64,000 nt of DNA from NCBI GenBank assembly GCA_964035545.1, contig OZ037765.1, positions 11,604,698-11,668,697 of the forward strand. Direction: 5' to 3'. This document shows, piece by piece, positions 1 to 15,239 of the stretch; positions within the stretch are counted from its first letter, which is position 1, and every line of letters begins with the position of its first letter. A program made the position numbers and the translations under genes. A model generated the notes under the pieces. That model searched no databases, was not told the DNA's origin, and saw only the letters and a list, made by a program, of their open reading frames with translations. Source of the DNA: Bugula neritina. Lineage: Eukaryota > Animalia > Bryozoa.

Positions 1-311
1 TTGGAATGAATAGAACAAGAAGGAAGCGTTGTTGGGTTAGCAAAATATCACTTTGCATAAAACTCATTATTTTACCTCCATTATTTCAGTAAAAACTTTG
101 GCTTTACCTATTTATTTATTGACTTGGAACAATTTCGTAATATACACAATGAGTGCAAACCAATATATTAAGTAAAATTTTCATGCATACATAATATTCT
201 CAAGCTAGTCTAAGATATATTATTTACAGTGGACTAAATTAAATGGAGTGAGTTCGAGACAATATTGAGCCTAAACTAGGTGTACAGATTTGAGATCAAT
301 GCATGACTCAC

Positions 312-3767
<3,456 letters not shown>

Positions 3768-5121
3768 CTTTGATGATAATTATAACCCGTCACCAGATGC
3801 CCGATACTGTTGCCAATGAAGTAGCCTGTAAGTTCAATACAGGAGCACTGAGTATTGCAGAAGATAAGATAGTTGCAAGACATGTAAAATAACAGTTCAA
3901 TTATCACATTAATTTTGGCAACGTGCCAACTGCCAGACTTTTACAACTCTTTGGGATATAATTACATGTTGCAACATTAAAACAGAGCAGCCAAGAATTG
4001 ATATAATTTTTATGGAGTGGTTATTTCCACTAGCTTATATGTACAAACAAATACTTGATTGTAAAAAAATGAGAATTAACAAATTATGGAGGGCTATATA
4101 GAAAATAACACCCGAAAACTAAACTTTAAATGAATAAGGACCAAATGGCAGTCAGTTGCCATAAGAACGGTTAATTCAAAATGTCACCTATAAAGATGGT
4201 CAACTAATATATTTTGACTGAAAAAAATACACATTTAGTTATGTAGAGAAATTTTAGCATTATGTTTTGAACAAAGCATTTCAATGTAGATTGGTGGTAC
4301 TACTTTTCCACGAAATTTAAAGTCAATGAACCAGTAAAATAGTATACTATATTGTTTTAGTGGTCAGCAATTAGATGTGAGGCGAGATTAGCTCTAGGTC
4401 TAGCCATTATTACATTGGGTTCAGTATTTGACTGTGCTTTGAACTAGTTATTGCTAGACTCCCAGTCACTTATAGTAAAACTAAAACTTATTAACTTTCA
4501 GTAAACAAATTGATCACCAGGAGCAATATAAATATATTAAGCCTAGCCACAGTGAAATGATTATTGACTATAGATGCATACTAAGGCTTATCTTTATACT
4601 TATTGAGTTAAAAGTCATACTAATTAGTCATAATTATAAATTTACAAGTAATAGCCTAAGGATTATATAGTAATAGTAATACAAATATAATCAGTAAATT
4701 AAATCCTAAATTTAACTTAAACTGACAATATCTAATTATCACATCCATATTAAATTAGTATACTTATAGTTATAAAAGTCATATTTAGTTTCACTAAATC
4801 ATTTAGCTTAATTTATAGTAATACTAATATTCACATTTTCAGTTATGCTAGTTTTAAGGGTAGCTCAAACTATAAGCAAAACTCATATTCATTAATTGAA
4901 AAAGAGTAAAAGCAATACTTGTATAGCAATGGTACACTAATAATTAATTAGTATTACTATTTTGGTAATTAAATAAGCTTAAAGATTAAGATTAACAATA
5001 ACTTTAAGTACAAAATAAAATATTTTCATGGCATTACTATTACTGCAACTCTTTTATGAGTCATAACTTAAACTTAAAGTTACTGGTTGTGTTGTAGTTA
5101 ATGTTATAGTCATAATCACAG

Positions 5122-5533
5122 CAGGGTTGGGGTGAATTACATATAAATGTAATTAATTACTATTAGAATTACTTTTGTTGTCACAGGAGAGAAATAAAAG
5201 TTCTATAATCTCACTTCTGGGGTCCAACTACCCAGGGCAATTTTGGCAACAGAAAACATTCCTTGTAACGAATAGACATTAAGATATTAAATTGATCTGA
5301 ACTTTTTATTAAACAGTAGGCAAGGCAGGAAAAATATGAATTTTATAAGATTTAAAAAGTTGAAGTAATTGTAATTGTTATGTAATTATAAAGTAGTTGT
5401 AAAATTCAATTACATTAGCAATGTAATTAATTACAATTACATTTGTATATATCAGTTACAAATTACATTAAATTACTTGAAAAAAAATGCAATTAATTAC
5501 AACCAATTACAAATTACAATTACCTCAACCCTG
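5122..5533. mobile_element. Non-autonomous hAT-type MITE (412 bp)
   Basis: Terminal inverted repeats CAGGGTTGGGGTGAATT...AATTACCTCAACCCTG. Perfect 8-bp target-site duplication AATCACAG at 5114-5121 and 5534-5541. Many subterminal AATTAC/GTAATT motifs. Confidence 0.88.
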
Positions 5534-5829
5534 AATCACAGTATCTACCTGAACCTTCAATATTATTATAATTTTGTTGTACTTGTTGACTAATATTTGA
5601 AATTGAAACCATAATATTTATATTAAGTATTAATGTTTAGAGTACTCCACACTTGAATCGACCACGAAGGCCCACAACTACAAGTATTAATATACTATAT
5701 AGCAATTATTATAATCACTAGTGACATCAACTTCGAGCAGTCGACATCAATGATAATTTTGATATCGAATATGAACTGCAAACATCACTATCAGTATCAC
5801 TATGACTATCAGCTTTAAATTGAAGCTCA

Positions 5830-6240
5830 ACTAAAATTCAGTTAGTCATAGTGTTACTCTAAATTTTAAATCTACTTTTAGAGCTTTGCTTAGTAAAACC
5901 CTCGGTTTTACTTTTAGTTTCAGTTTAGAATTGCACTTACAGTTAAACTTACGTACAGTTAGTGTTACTGTTACACTTACAGTAAATCAAAATAAAAATG
6001 TACTTAAATTTTAAATTACTCAATTACTGAATTAGCCTTATACTTAATCTCAAGTTATACTAAATCTAATACTTATAGGTAGATCAGAGGTAAACTCATA
6101 CTGATAGTCATACTGATACTAATAGTAATACTAATAGTGATACTCATTCTCAACTTATTCTTATACTTATTATTAAAACATTAAAATAATAATTAAATTT
6201 AATATTATATTCGTAAATTATAGTTATACCAATATTAGTG
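5830..6240. repeat. Degenerate 6-bp-periodic ACT/AGT tract upstream of the eRF1 coding exons (fades leftwards to about 4500)
   Basis: For example ACTCAT ACTGAT AGTCAT ACTGAT ACTAAT AGTAAT ACTAAT AGTGAT ACTCAT at about 6094-6147. Confidence 0.7.
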
Positions 6241-6249
6241 TTTACTGAT

Positions 6250-6700
6250 GGGCGTAACTATACTTAACGTATATCAAAATAGTGCATGTAATGCTATATT
6301 CAAACCTATTTGTAGCCCTACCTAGAGTTATTGTTGGCAGAAATAGTTAACTTCAACCTAAACGCTCAAGTTTTTCTTTCAATCATCGGTGGCCCATGTG
6401 AATGGCGACATGGCGAAAGGAACATAAAGTGCTTTTTTATTGGTGCTTCACAAAAGTAGGAAACAGCTAATAGACTAATCAAGATTAGTTTAGTTAGTTA
6501 ACCAATGGTTAGGCGCTTTGCAAAATATAGTCCGAATAAAATAAGAAGCATTTTAAATATCTTTTGTCAAAAATCAAATTCTATTGTACCTGCTGTTAAC
6601 AATATTTTACTAAAACATCAACAATTGGTGCAATCTCGACGGAAACAATTATAATAACAGTGACGTTATCCTAGCAAAGACATAGTAAACAGTGTCCAAG
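6250..6700. promoter_or_regulatory. Putative bidirectional promoter / first-exon region for eRF1 and ZIP
   Basis: A locally less AT-rich, CpG-containing island between divergent genes. It has two YY1-like ATGGCG motifs (about 6403 and 6410), CCAAT (about 6502) and TGACGT (6661), and is bounded by donor-like sites and periodic tracts on both sides. Inference only. Confidence 0.4.
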
Positions 6701-7520
6701 TTAGTATAACTCAGACTCTCACTCTACCAGTAACTATAAGTTTAAGTCTAGCTATAAGCATAAGGAAAAATATAACATAATTCAAATTATAATAAACATG
6801 AAGTTTAATTACCGTTATAATTATTAATATTATTTAAATAATATTAATATTTAAAATTATTATTTTTAAGAAAAACTTAATAACTATAACTATAAGTATA
6901 ACTTAAAGTTAATGTATAACTATAAGTATAATTCATTAATTGAAATTAAATTTTAGTTGATATTATTATTAATATTATATTTATTATTATCATAAATTAT
7001 ACTTGATCTTGGTTATTTACAGCTTGAGTTACTCTTGCCTATTACTTATTTTTAGAGCCATTATTATTAGTATTACTATTACTGTATTAGTATTACTATT
7101 AGTATAACATTAACTTTATAAGTAGAACAATAAGATTAACTCTAAGTATAACTAATACTAAACTATAAGTATCAGTACTATTAATATTAGTCTGAGTATG
7201 AGTTTCACTGTAAGTGTATGATTATCATTATGAGTATGATTGATTAATATTATGGTATTGATGATGATTTATAATTATTGATTATGTTACTCTTAATCCT
7301 GAGCCTAATGATCATAATTTTAATTTTATAATGCTGAATACAAATTGGAATTGAAATATATCAATATGAATATCATATTTAAAAATAAAATTTTAAAAGT
7401 ATAAATTATACTTAATGGTAGTATAATAATAACAATAATCATTATATTTATTGTAAGTATTACTATTACTATTAGTATAACTATACAGTAGTCTATAGTC
7501 TATAGTAAGAGAAGTATAAG
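6700..7520. repeat. Degenerate 6-bp-periodic ACT/AGT tract upstream of the ZIP gene
   Basis: For example TAACTA TAACTA TAAGTA TAACTT AAAGTT AATGTA TAACTA TAAGTA at about 6881-6928. Confidence 0.7.
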
Positions 7521-8620
7521 TTAATTTGATGATTATCAATATCATTATTCATATATGTAATACATATTATATATACTTATATAGATTAGATTATTGCTAG
7601 TGAAATTGCACTTTGCTATGCCAAAAAATAAAGTGATAGTTAAAGGGAAATTGGAAGTGAACAGCTATCGCATGTAACACTATGATCATAAGATTAAGAT
7701 ATGCTTCAAGCAAATTTTTATAATTAATATCATACCAATACTGAACAAAATGCAGGACATTTGACAATAATGTTAAGCTGGAAATAATGATATCAACATA
7801 TTTTCTTTTTTCTTTAATGTTTTTAGTACTTCATTTTCTCACTACAACTCTGACTTTTAAATTTGTTCACTTTAACCAATTGAGGTTTTCTGACATAGAT
7901 GACCTTCATAAAAACAATTATCATCTATAATAAAATAATGAACAACAGTATGTCAGAAAAAGTCTAAATTTATCAATAAGAGACTAGTTAAACTATCCTC
8001 TAGCAATGCTATAGTTAACAGGAAGTAATACAGGAAAGTGGCTACTATTATAAGATAAAATACAATATTACTGCAAACATGTGCAACAGAAAGATGCAGG
8101 GTCATCATGTGGTATAATCAACCCTATTCCTTAAATGCAATAATAACCACTAATAAAAAATTTTCTCAACATAATTTAGATCAAGTTTGCAAAGCATCAT
8201 ATTCTGTAAAAGTTTGTTAGAAAAAAGCCACTAAGACTAGAGAATGTTGGATAATAAATTATGTGTAATCCCTCCGACTCTTACAACATATGTCCTGAAA
8301 TAGAAAAATAAAACACCAAATATGCAAAACATCTAACGCTTGCGTATTGCCTGGTCAAATACACTGCATTATCACTCATTTACTAAGCAACAGGTTAAAA
8401 AACGGTGATAAATTGTAAACAAAAATGTGCTGGTATTACAGAACACAAATGTAAACAATTTCATGCGAAGTTTATCAATTTCAAGCATGCTGACAAAAAC
8501 ATCTGTGGTGTAAAGTATTTCATAAATTCATGCTTAAGTGCATATATTATTTGGGAAGAAAAAGATAATACCACTTTGCCCGGAGAAAAATTAAGAAATG
8601 CTCTTGTTTATTGTGTCCTC

Positions 8621-8852
8621 TAAAATGGCACAGGTAGCAATGGCACTTGGTAATGATAGCGCAAGTGGCAAGGTAGGTAAAAATGGTACTTTTTCAATAT
8701 TAGGATTTGGACTGGGCTTTGGGGTTTGAGTTTAGGGTTTGAAAAAATTTAACATCAGTTTGCCATTTTACCTATTTTCCATGTTTGCCATTATTACCTG
8801 TGTCATTATTACCTGTGCCATTTTTACCTAATGCCATGTTTACCTAAAATCC
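8621..8852. repeat. Fold-back element with ~15-bp subunit arms and a telomere-like G-rich centre
   Basis: Left-arm units (AATGGCACAGGTA, GGTAAAAATGG) are mirrored by right-arm units (TACCTGTGCCATTTT, TGCCATTATTACCTG). The centre reads TTAGGATTTGGACTGGGCTTTGGGGTTTGAGTTTAGGGTTTG. Confidence 0.7.
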
Positions 8853-9009
8853 TTGTTTACAACAGCATTAACCGTTGCAACCTCTTCGCTTTGAAAATCA
8901 AACTTCACCATCAAGCCATTTTTAAATTTTATATTTGTATTTTAACTTACTATTCTTTAACATAACATGCTCTACATTCTACAGCATAGTATTTTATAAC
9001 AATAATAAG

Positions 9010-9047
<38 letters not shown>
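9010..9047. repeat. Compound (TA)n(TG)n microsatellite
   Basis: Read directly from the sequence. Confidence 0.95.
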
Positions 9048-9449
9048 AGAATTGTGGAATGTAATTCAATTTGAAGCTGTTAATAATAGAATCACCTTAT
9101 TCAAAGTTTTTTGACTCTTTGTATTCATAAATAAATTTTAAATAGTTTTCTATCACACGTGCATTTTTTAGTAAAATTTAACTTTGCCATATTCATTGTT
9201 GTATATCTTCTATAAAATGAACACTATCAACATTCAGAAACTAAATTTGTGTATAAAATATGCTTTATTTATTGCGTGAAGAAAATATAATTTATTTTTA
9301 ATAAATACAGTTTGCTTTTAGGTTGTTACAAAGTTTTAAATACGTTATTGTCACAAATTTTAGGTAGAAGGGCCATGGTGGAGGTCTTGAAGTAAGCACT
9401 TGGGAAATGGTTGTTACTGCTTCTGTTGCTACAACATAGGAAACCAAGC

Positions 9450-11156
9450 ATGGAATTAGTGTTGTTACAGCTGTTTGTGATGTTGCTGTTCTTTTGCATT
9501 GCTTTAGCAGCAACTTTGATTCCTGTTTTTATATCTCATCGTCAAAGATATCAGAATCTGACCAACACCAAGTGTCAAGCAGCTTTAAATGCTGGTAATA
9601 GTATTGCTGGTAGGTTTTACTATGTTGCTGGTAGTTATTTTTAATATTGGCAAAAGTGGGTTATCTAATTAATAAACCAAACATCTTACCAACTACATGA
9701 TTTATATATTTAAACTGATTCGTGAGGTGTTTATGCAGAAATACCATCCTTTACATTATTGGTGATAATAACTGCTGAATATCCCTATAGTATTTGCTAA
9801 ACAAACCTCTCAATCCTTATGTCTGAGCTGCTTCTTAGTAATAATGTTTTTTTTGTATTTCTAGGAGGTGTTCTGCTAGCAACATGTTTCATAGCCCTGG
9901 TTCCCCTTGTTGAGCATTCATATAGTGAGGTTGTGGTAATGCTGGAGCCAGCCAATAAACATTATCCATATGCTCAGATGACAATTCTTTTTGGACTCTT
10001 TCTGGTTATTTTCATTGAACAATTTGTCGGTTTCATACAAAAAAAGCAGAAAGGTGAATTATAACGTAAATCATTAGATAGTTCATTGCCTGTCATTAAA
10101 TATTTAGTCTTTGTTTTCAATGTTGATGTCCAATTCGTTAGTCATGAGTTTTTGTGCTGGATACCAAAGTACACTTCAGTAGTGTGATAACATGTTTGAG
10201 CTTTTTGCTACAGCTATTGCTCTTACAACAAAGCTACTATAAAGTTACTTTTTGTGTTGTAGTTATCTTTCTTGCCATCTCCTTTTTGTATTATTCTCTT
10301 TATATTTTATACAATAGCTACTTTTTAACTAGGAGAATATAAATCTAGGCTTTGGTTAACATATAAATCAAAAATGTGAAAAATGTGAACCTGCTAATCT
10401 CAATTATCTCAGCATGTAAGCCAAAAATGTCTTGAGTGATCTGTGTTTTTATACATTCAATGTGCGTCTAAATGTACTTAATTTACAGAGCTTGATCACT
10501 CTTCCATGGCTGATGAGTTAGAGACTTTGTTTACGGATGAAGAGGAGACAACTTCATCAGAGAAAAAACATGAGGTTCACGGACAAGGGCATTCCCATTC
10601 TCACTCGCACCACAATGTAGTCTCCAAATCTCTCTTACATAGCGTTATATTAGTTATCACCCTTGGATTACATACCCTATTCGAAGGAATGGCTATAGGC
10701 CTAGTTGATGATATCAACTGGTTAATAACTCTAGTATTAGCTGTCGTACTTCATGAATCCTGCTGTGCAGTTGCTCTTGGTGTGAATCTAGGACAACAGA
10801 GCATAAGTCGTAAAACTGCCATTGTTGTGTGTGTAGTGTTTAGCTTAATGATGCCAGTTGGTATTGGTATGGGGTTAGCACTAGGTAGTGTGCGAGGATT
10901 GGCTGGGTTAATCCTCACTGCTATTCTGCAAGGTGTTGCTACTGGCACGTTCATCTACGTTTTGTTCATTGAGATTATACCTGCATCTATATCAAATGCT
11001 AAAAGTGTAGTGCATTTGGTGCTAATGTTTTGTGGCTGTGCATTAATGACTTTAATTATTATCTTTACTCACTCTCATGGTAAATCAGTTAGCCACTCGG
11101 CAATGTCTCAGTTTAATTGTACAGTGGATGGTTCTACTGTTATGCCTCAACTCTAA
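9450..11156 (+). CDS. ZIP family zinc/metal transporter, subfamily II (SLC39A3/ZIP3-like), about 338 aa. Exons: 9450-9609, 9865-10053, 10489-11156
   Basis: TM2 AGGVLLATCFIALVP, His-rich loop HEVHGQGHSHSHSHH, TM4 LGLHTLFEGMAIG, TM5 VLHESCCAVALG and TM7 GVATGTFIYVLFIEIIP. Both introns are phase-1 GT-AG. Confidence 0.93.
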
Positions 11157-11995
11157 CACTGTAGTTGCAGTTATATTGTGTTTATTTTTAGTCTTATAGT
11201 ATAGTTTAACATAACATTTAAAGATTTTATTAATTTTTTAATTGTTTAGACCAAGCTTCTAATCTCATTTTCCTTATACTGATTTGTTTATGTTGTTACA
11301 GCCAAAATTCTTTATTATTTGTTTGTGCATTGTTAATTTGATTAAAAAGGTTTGTTACAAAAGTTTTATTTATCAAGGCATTTTACTAGTTACATTTTTT
11401 TTATTGAGTATGTTTTCGCTCTAATATTTTGTATGGTACCATTTTATAACTGAGTTATATTTATATTGATTGAATCATTGCAGAAACTGGTTTCATTTCA
11501 GTTGAATAGATACTTAATAATTAGTTAAATTTACACAAATCTTTGTCGTAATTTGGTTACTGGACTGCTTAGGCCTTAGTGTGTCTATTTTCTACTATGC
11601 ATATAGTAAGTAGTCACTGTACCAGCTTGTTAGAAAGCACTGTTCTGTGCATCATCAAGCGACACTTAGCATTTATAGATGCAATTTGTACAATTAGAAC
11701 ATAATTTTAGCATTAATATTGTATAATGAAGTTTGTTACACTAGTATATTGTTGGAATGTCAAATTTTGATGCATTCATGAAATTGTTTCTCAAATGTAC
11801 CAAGACAGTAATATTGATCTATTTGAGTTTTCCTCCCTAAAATATCTAATGCTCAAGAATTGGCAGTAGTTCATAGAAGCTTAGTTATAAAATAGCATTA
11901 ATTTATTATGGTACACTGATACCACTTATAGTTATTTAGGGAAAATTTAACGTATAATATTCTACATACATGAAAAGCTCAATCTTGTATAAAGA

Positions 11996-12006
11996 AATAA
12001 AATAAA
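11996..12006 (+). terminator. Putative polyadenylation signal(s) of the ZIP gene
   Basis: Overlapping AATAAA hexamers followed by T/GT-rich sequence. Confidence 0.4.
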
Positions 12007-12529
12007 GATTATAAAGTTGTCTTTTCCTGCGCAATCAGATTTTTGGTGGCTCAAAATTTAAGAAAGATAACTCCATAAAGTATCACTCGTTCTATTTCAT
12101 CGGATAACTTATTGGTGTATGAGTATCACAAGAAGCAGCACTAAGTTAGGGTACAGTATAATATTTTGGAACACAAGTTGTTGTCTGAACTCGGAGACCC
12201 TCAAATTAATGTACTCAGTGACTGCCAACTTAGTACTACTTCTAGTGATTTTTTCATTGTACGGTGAATCTGAGCATCATATGATCTAGCCAGTAGTTTT
12301 TGTTTCACCTAGATGGATTTATGGAATTACAACCTTGCCGCCCGTTACAATCACACTGGTTGAAACTTAGCATTTCACACTAGCTGAAATGTTACATCAT
12401 AAATATTAGATCGATTATCATTATTACAAATTAAAGCTAGCTTTTATTATTACAGATGTAACTATAGTCTATTAGTATTAGTAATATGATTATGTTAGTC
12501 AAATTTATGTGACTGATTGTGGCAGGTGG

Positions 12530-12990
12530 CTAGATTTAGATTTACTTTTACTTTTAGACTAAGACTAAAGTCACTAACTCTAAGTAATAAGTTAGTGACT
12601 AACAGTAACACTAACAGCAACGTATAAGTCTAACACTAACGATAACAGTAACACTGGCACTGGGTAACAGTACCACTAGCAGTAACACTTACAGCTACAA
12701 TAACTTTAAGTCTAACTGAGTAACAGTAACTGTTGGTGACTTGGTGTTACTGTCAGTTTAGGAAAATCAAAATTCCGAGTTAGAGTTAGACTCTGACTCT
12801 TAGTCTTAGAGTTACTGTTAGTGTTCAGTCTTGTGATAGTGATACTCATACTGTATGAGTATCACTTTAGTACAACTAGTACATCAAATTGAAATTTAAT
12901 GCACGTGACTTCAAGTGAATACCATTATAAATATTCACATTTATATTGCTAGCACTACAGTAACTGAACTACCACTACTACTAGAAGTAC
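12530..12990. repeat. Degenerate 6-bp-periodic ACT/AGT tract upstream of ABCA copy 1, with local hairpins
   Basis: TAACAG TAACAC TAACAG CAACG... and GAGTTA GAGTTA GACTCT GACTCT. It starts just after a donor-like CAG|GTGGCT at about 12526. Confidence 0.7.
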
Positions 12991-13561
12991 TAGTAGAAAT
13001 AGATGTAGCATTGCAACAGTAGTTAGGCTTTATTGCAGTGTGAGGGCTGAGCAATCAAACTAAAAGTATTTTAGCTATAGTACGAACAATAGCTTTCAGT
13101 TTATAAAAACTTTTAGTATATTATTAATTAAATGTATTATTGAAAACCAGCACTAATAGTAATAGTAATATACATAACAATATGTGCATTTTTATTATAT
13201 AGTTTCGTTATTAATACTCTTATCGATTTTGTTAACATTCTTCACTTTCATTATGACTTTCATTGTCAAATAATTGGTATTTTTAACTATAAATGTATTT
13301 CATTAAACTGCTTGCATATTTGCCATTATATGTTGCTATTCTACCAAACTTTATTTTAGCTTTTAATCTTATATAAAATTTTATTTCAACATTATGCTTT
13401 TATAAACATTTACAGTGTAACAATTTATCTAGTTCGTGAATGTTTGCCATAGTACATAGAAACCAGTAGCTGTGAAATACTTTAGAGCATGACAAAAATG
13501 GTAGAGTCAGCATTAACTAGAGAAATTCTCACTCTGATTATTGTGTTTTAAATTATAAATA

Positions 13562-15239
13562 CCGTAAAATGGGGTAACTTTAGCCACTTGAGGTAACTTT
13601 GGCCACTTTGGAAAAAATGTTTTAATTGTATATATGCACTGACTGTAGATTGGTGCATCCTATTCCTGAAAAATAATTGATATACTTATTTGCTGCTTCT
13701 TGCTGTCAGCCATTTTCAATTTCCTGTTTGACAACAAGATTTTCAGCGCTGTCCAACTTTAATCTATTTGAAGGCATTAGAAAAGCTGGACTTATTTTCT
13801 TTTTTGTATTAAAGAACTTTGGTAAGTATTTAACCAGGATATTTGTAATTTAGGTAAATAAATTGAAATCTAAAATTAAAATATGTGTCTTGAATTCACT
13901 GTGTACAATTTTTGACGAATTTGGGGTAACTTTGGCCATGACTAAATGGTACTCCAAAGTAGGTTTCTGGCAGCGCTGCGAACTTTCTGTTACTTCAGAC
14001 ACATAGTACATTACTCTCTAAAGGCACAATCATTTGATTCACCTATACCCAATGCTTTAGTTATATATTTAAAACAAATTAGAGTCCGAAATATGAAATA
14101 ATTACATGGGGAATTATGCATTTTTGTTCCCAGACAGCAATTTTGTGTTTAATGTTTTTTTTTTTATATAAGAATTTGACCATGCATTGTAAAATGTATT
14201 TTTCAAGACAATTATACTCAGAAAATATTAAAGAAAAGTAACATCTCCAAGATATGGTATATCTGAGGAGATCATTGGTTTTGCTTTATTCACAAGAATT
14301 GGCAGCTGGAAAGTCTTGACAAGAAGTGGCTAGAAATATGATATTACCAAAGGAACACTACAAAACAGAGCCGCGTGAAGACACAAGCTGAAGCCTGGAC
14401 GCCAAACTGTGTTATCACAAGTAGAGGAGGTAGCCATTGTTGACCATACCTACTACAAAGCTGGCTCAATGGGGCTTTCCATTAGATAAAACAGACTTTC
14501 GAATAATAGTCAAGACCTATTTTGACAAATGTGAAAGAAGAGTGCAACATTTCAAAAGCAACTACCCTCAAGATCACTGGAGTCTCAGTTTTATGTCAAG
14601 ACATAAAGATAGCTTGTCTCACAGGTTGTGCCAAAACATAGCACCGGAATGGGCAACAGTTAATTCTAAAGACATTACGCATTATCTAAAAAATCTACAG
14701 ACAACTGTCACAGCCTATAGTTTGAAAGGGCATACTTGAATTTAAGATTAAATTCAATGGAATTTGAACTTGTACAGTGATTTATTCAATGTTGCCAGCA
14801 AAATACATGATTTTTTATACATATACAAAAGTTTTTACACTTAATAACAATGTACCTCGAATAGCCGTGGTTTCAATGCAATAATTACACTATTATAGCT
14901 TGCATTTTGTCTAAAATAATTTTTTTTTGTAGCAATGAAGTTGAATAATGTTGTTCTTTAATTTCTAACTGGCTAAAAAAGCTCCAAGTGCTGCCAGCTT
15001 TAGCTACATGTAGAATAACGACACCGGCCAAAGTTACCCCGAAAATAGGGTAACTTTGGCCACCTACTTTTTTTAACACCACAGGAGATCTAGCAGTCCC
15101 AAACTGCAAATGGTTCTTTCATTTAGTGCATATGTTGATAAGCTTCATTTAGCATCCAAAAAATTTAAAGAATATTGTAATCCTTTCATATGACACCCAA
15201 AATATGTCTCAAAACGGCCAATGTTACCCCATTTTACGG
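13562..15239 (+). mobile_element. Decayed, internally deleted pogo/Tigger-like (Tc1/mariner superfamily) DNA transposon, 1678 bp
   Basis: TIRs CCGTAAAATGGGGTAAC...GTTACCCCATTTTACGG with TA on both sides. Internal copies of GGGTAACTTTGGCCA. A transposase N-terminal remnant lies inside. Confidence 0.9.
14300..14739 (+). pseudogene. Transposase N-terminal DNA-binding remnant (HTH_psq plus CENP-B-type HTH); DDE domain absent
   Basis: The frameshifted translation reads ...PKGTLQNR..KPGRQTVLSQVEEVAIVDH..LAQWGFPLDKTDFRIIVKTYFDK..FKSNYPQDHWSLSFMSRHKDSLSHRLCQN, which is typical of pogo-group transposases. Stops and frameshifts are present. Confidence 0.8.

Noticed and set aside
5375-5593. 72-aa ORF
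   Set aside because: It is a low-complexity translation of the MITE's AATTAC repeats.
7520-9360. Metal-response elements (TGCRCNC) upstream of ZIP
   Set aside because: Only partial TGCAC cores were seen, with no full consensus found by eye.
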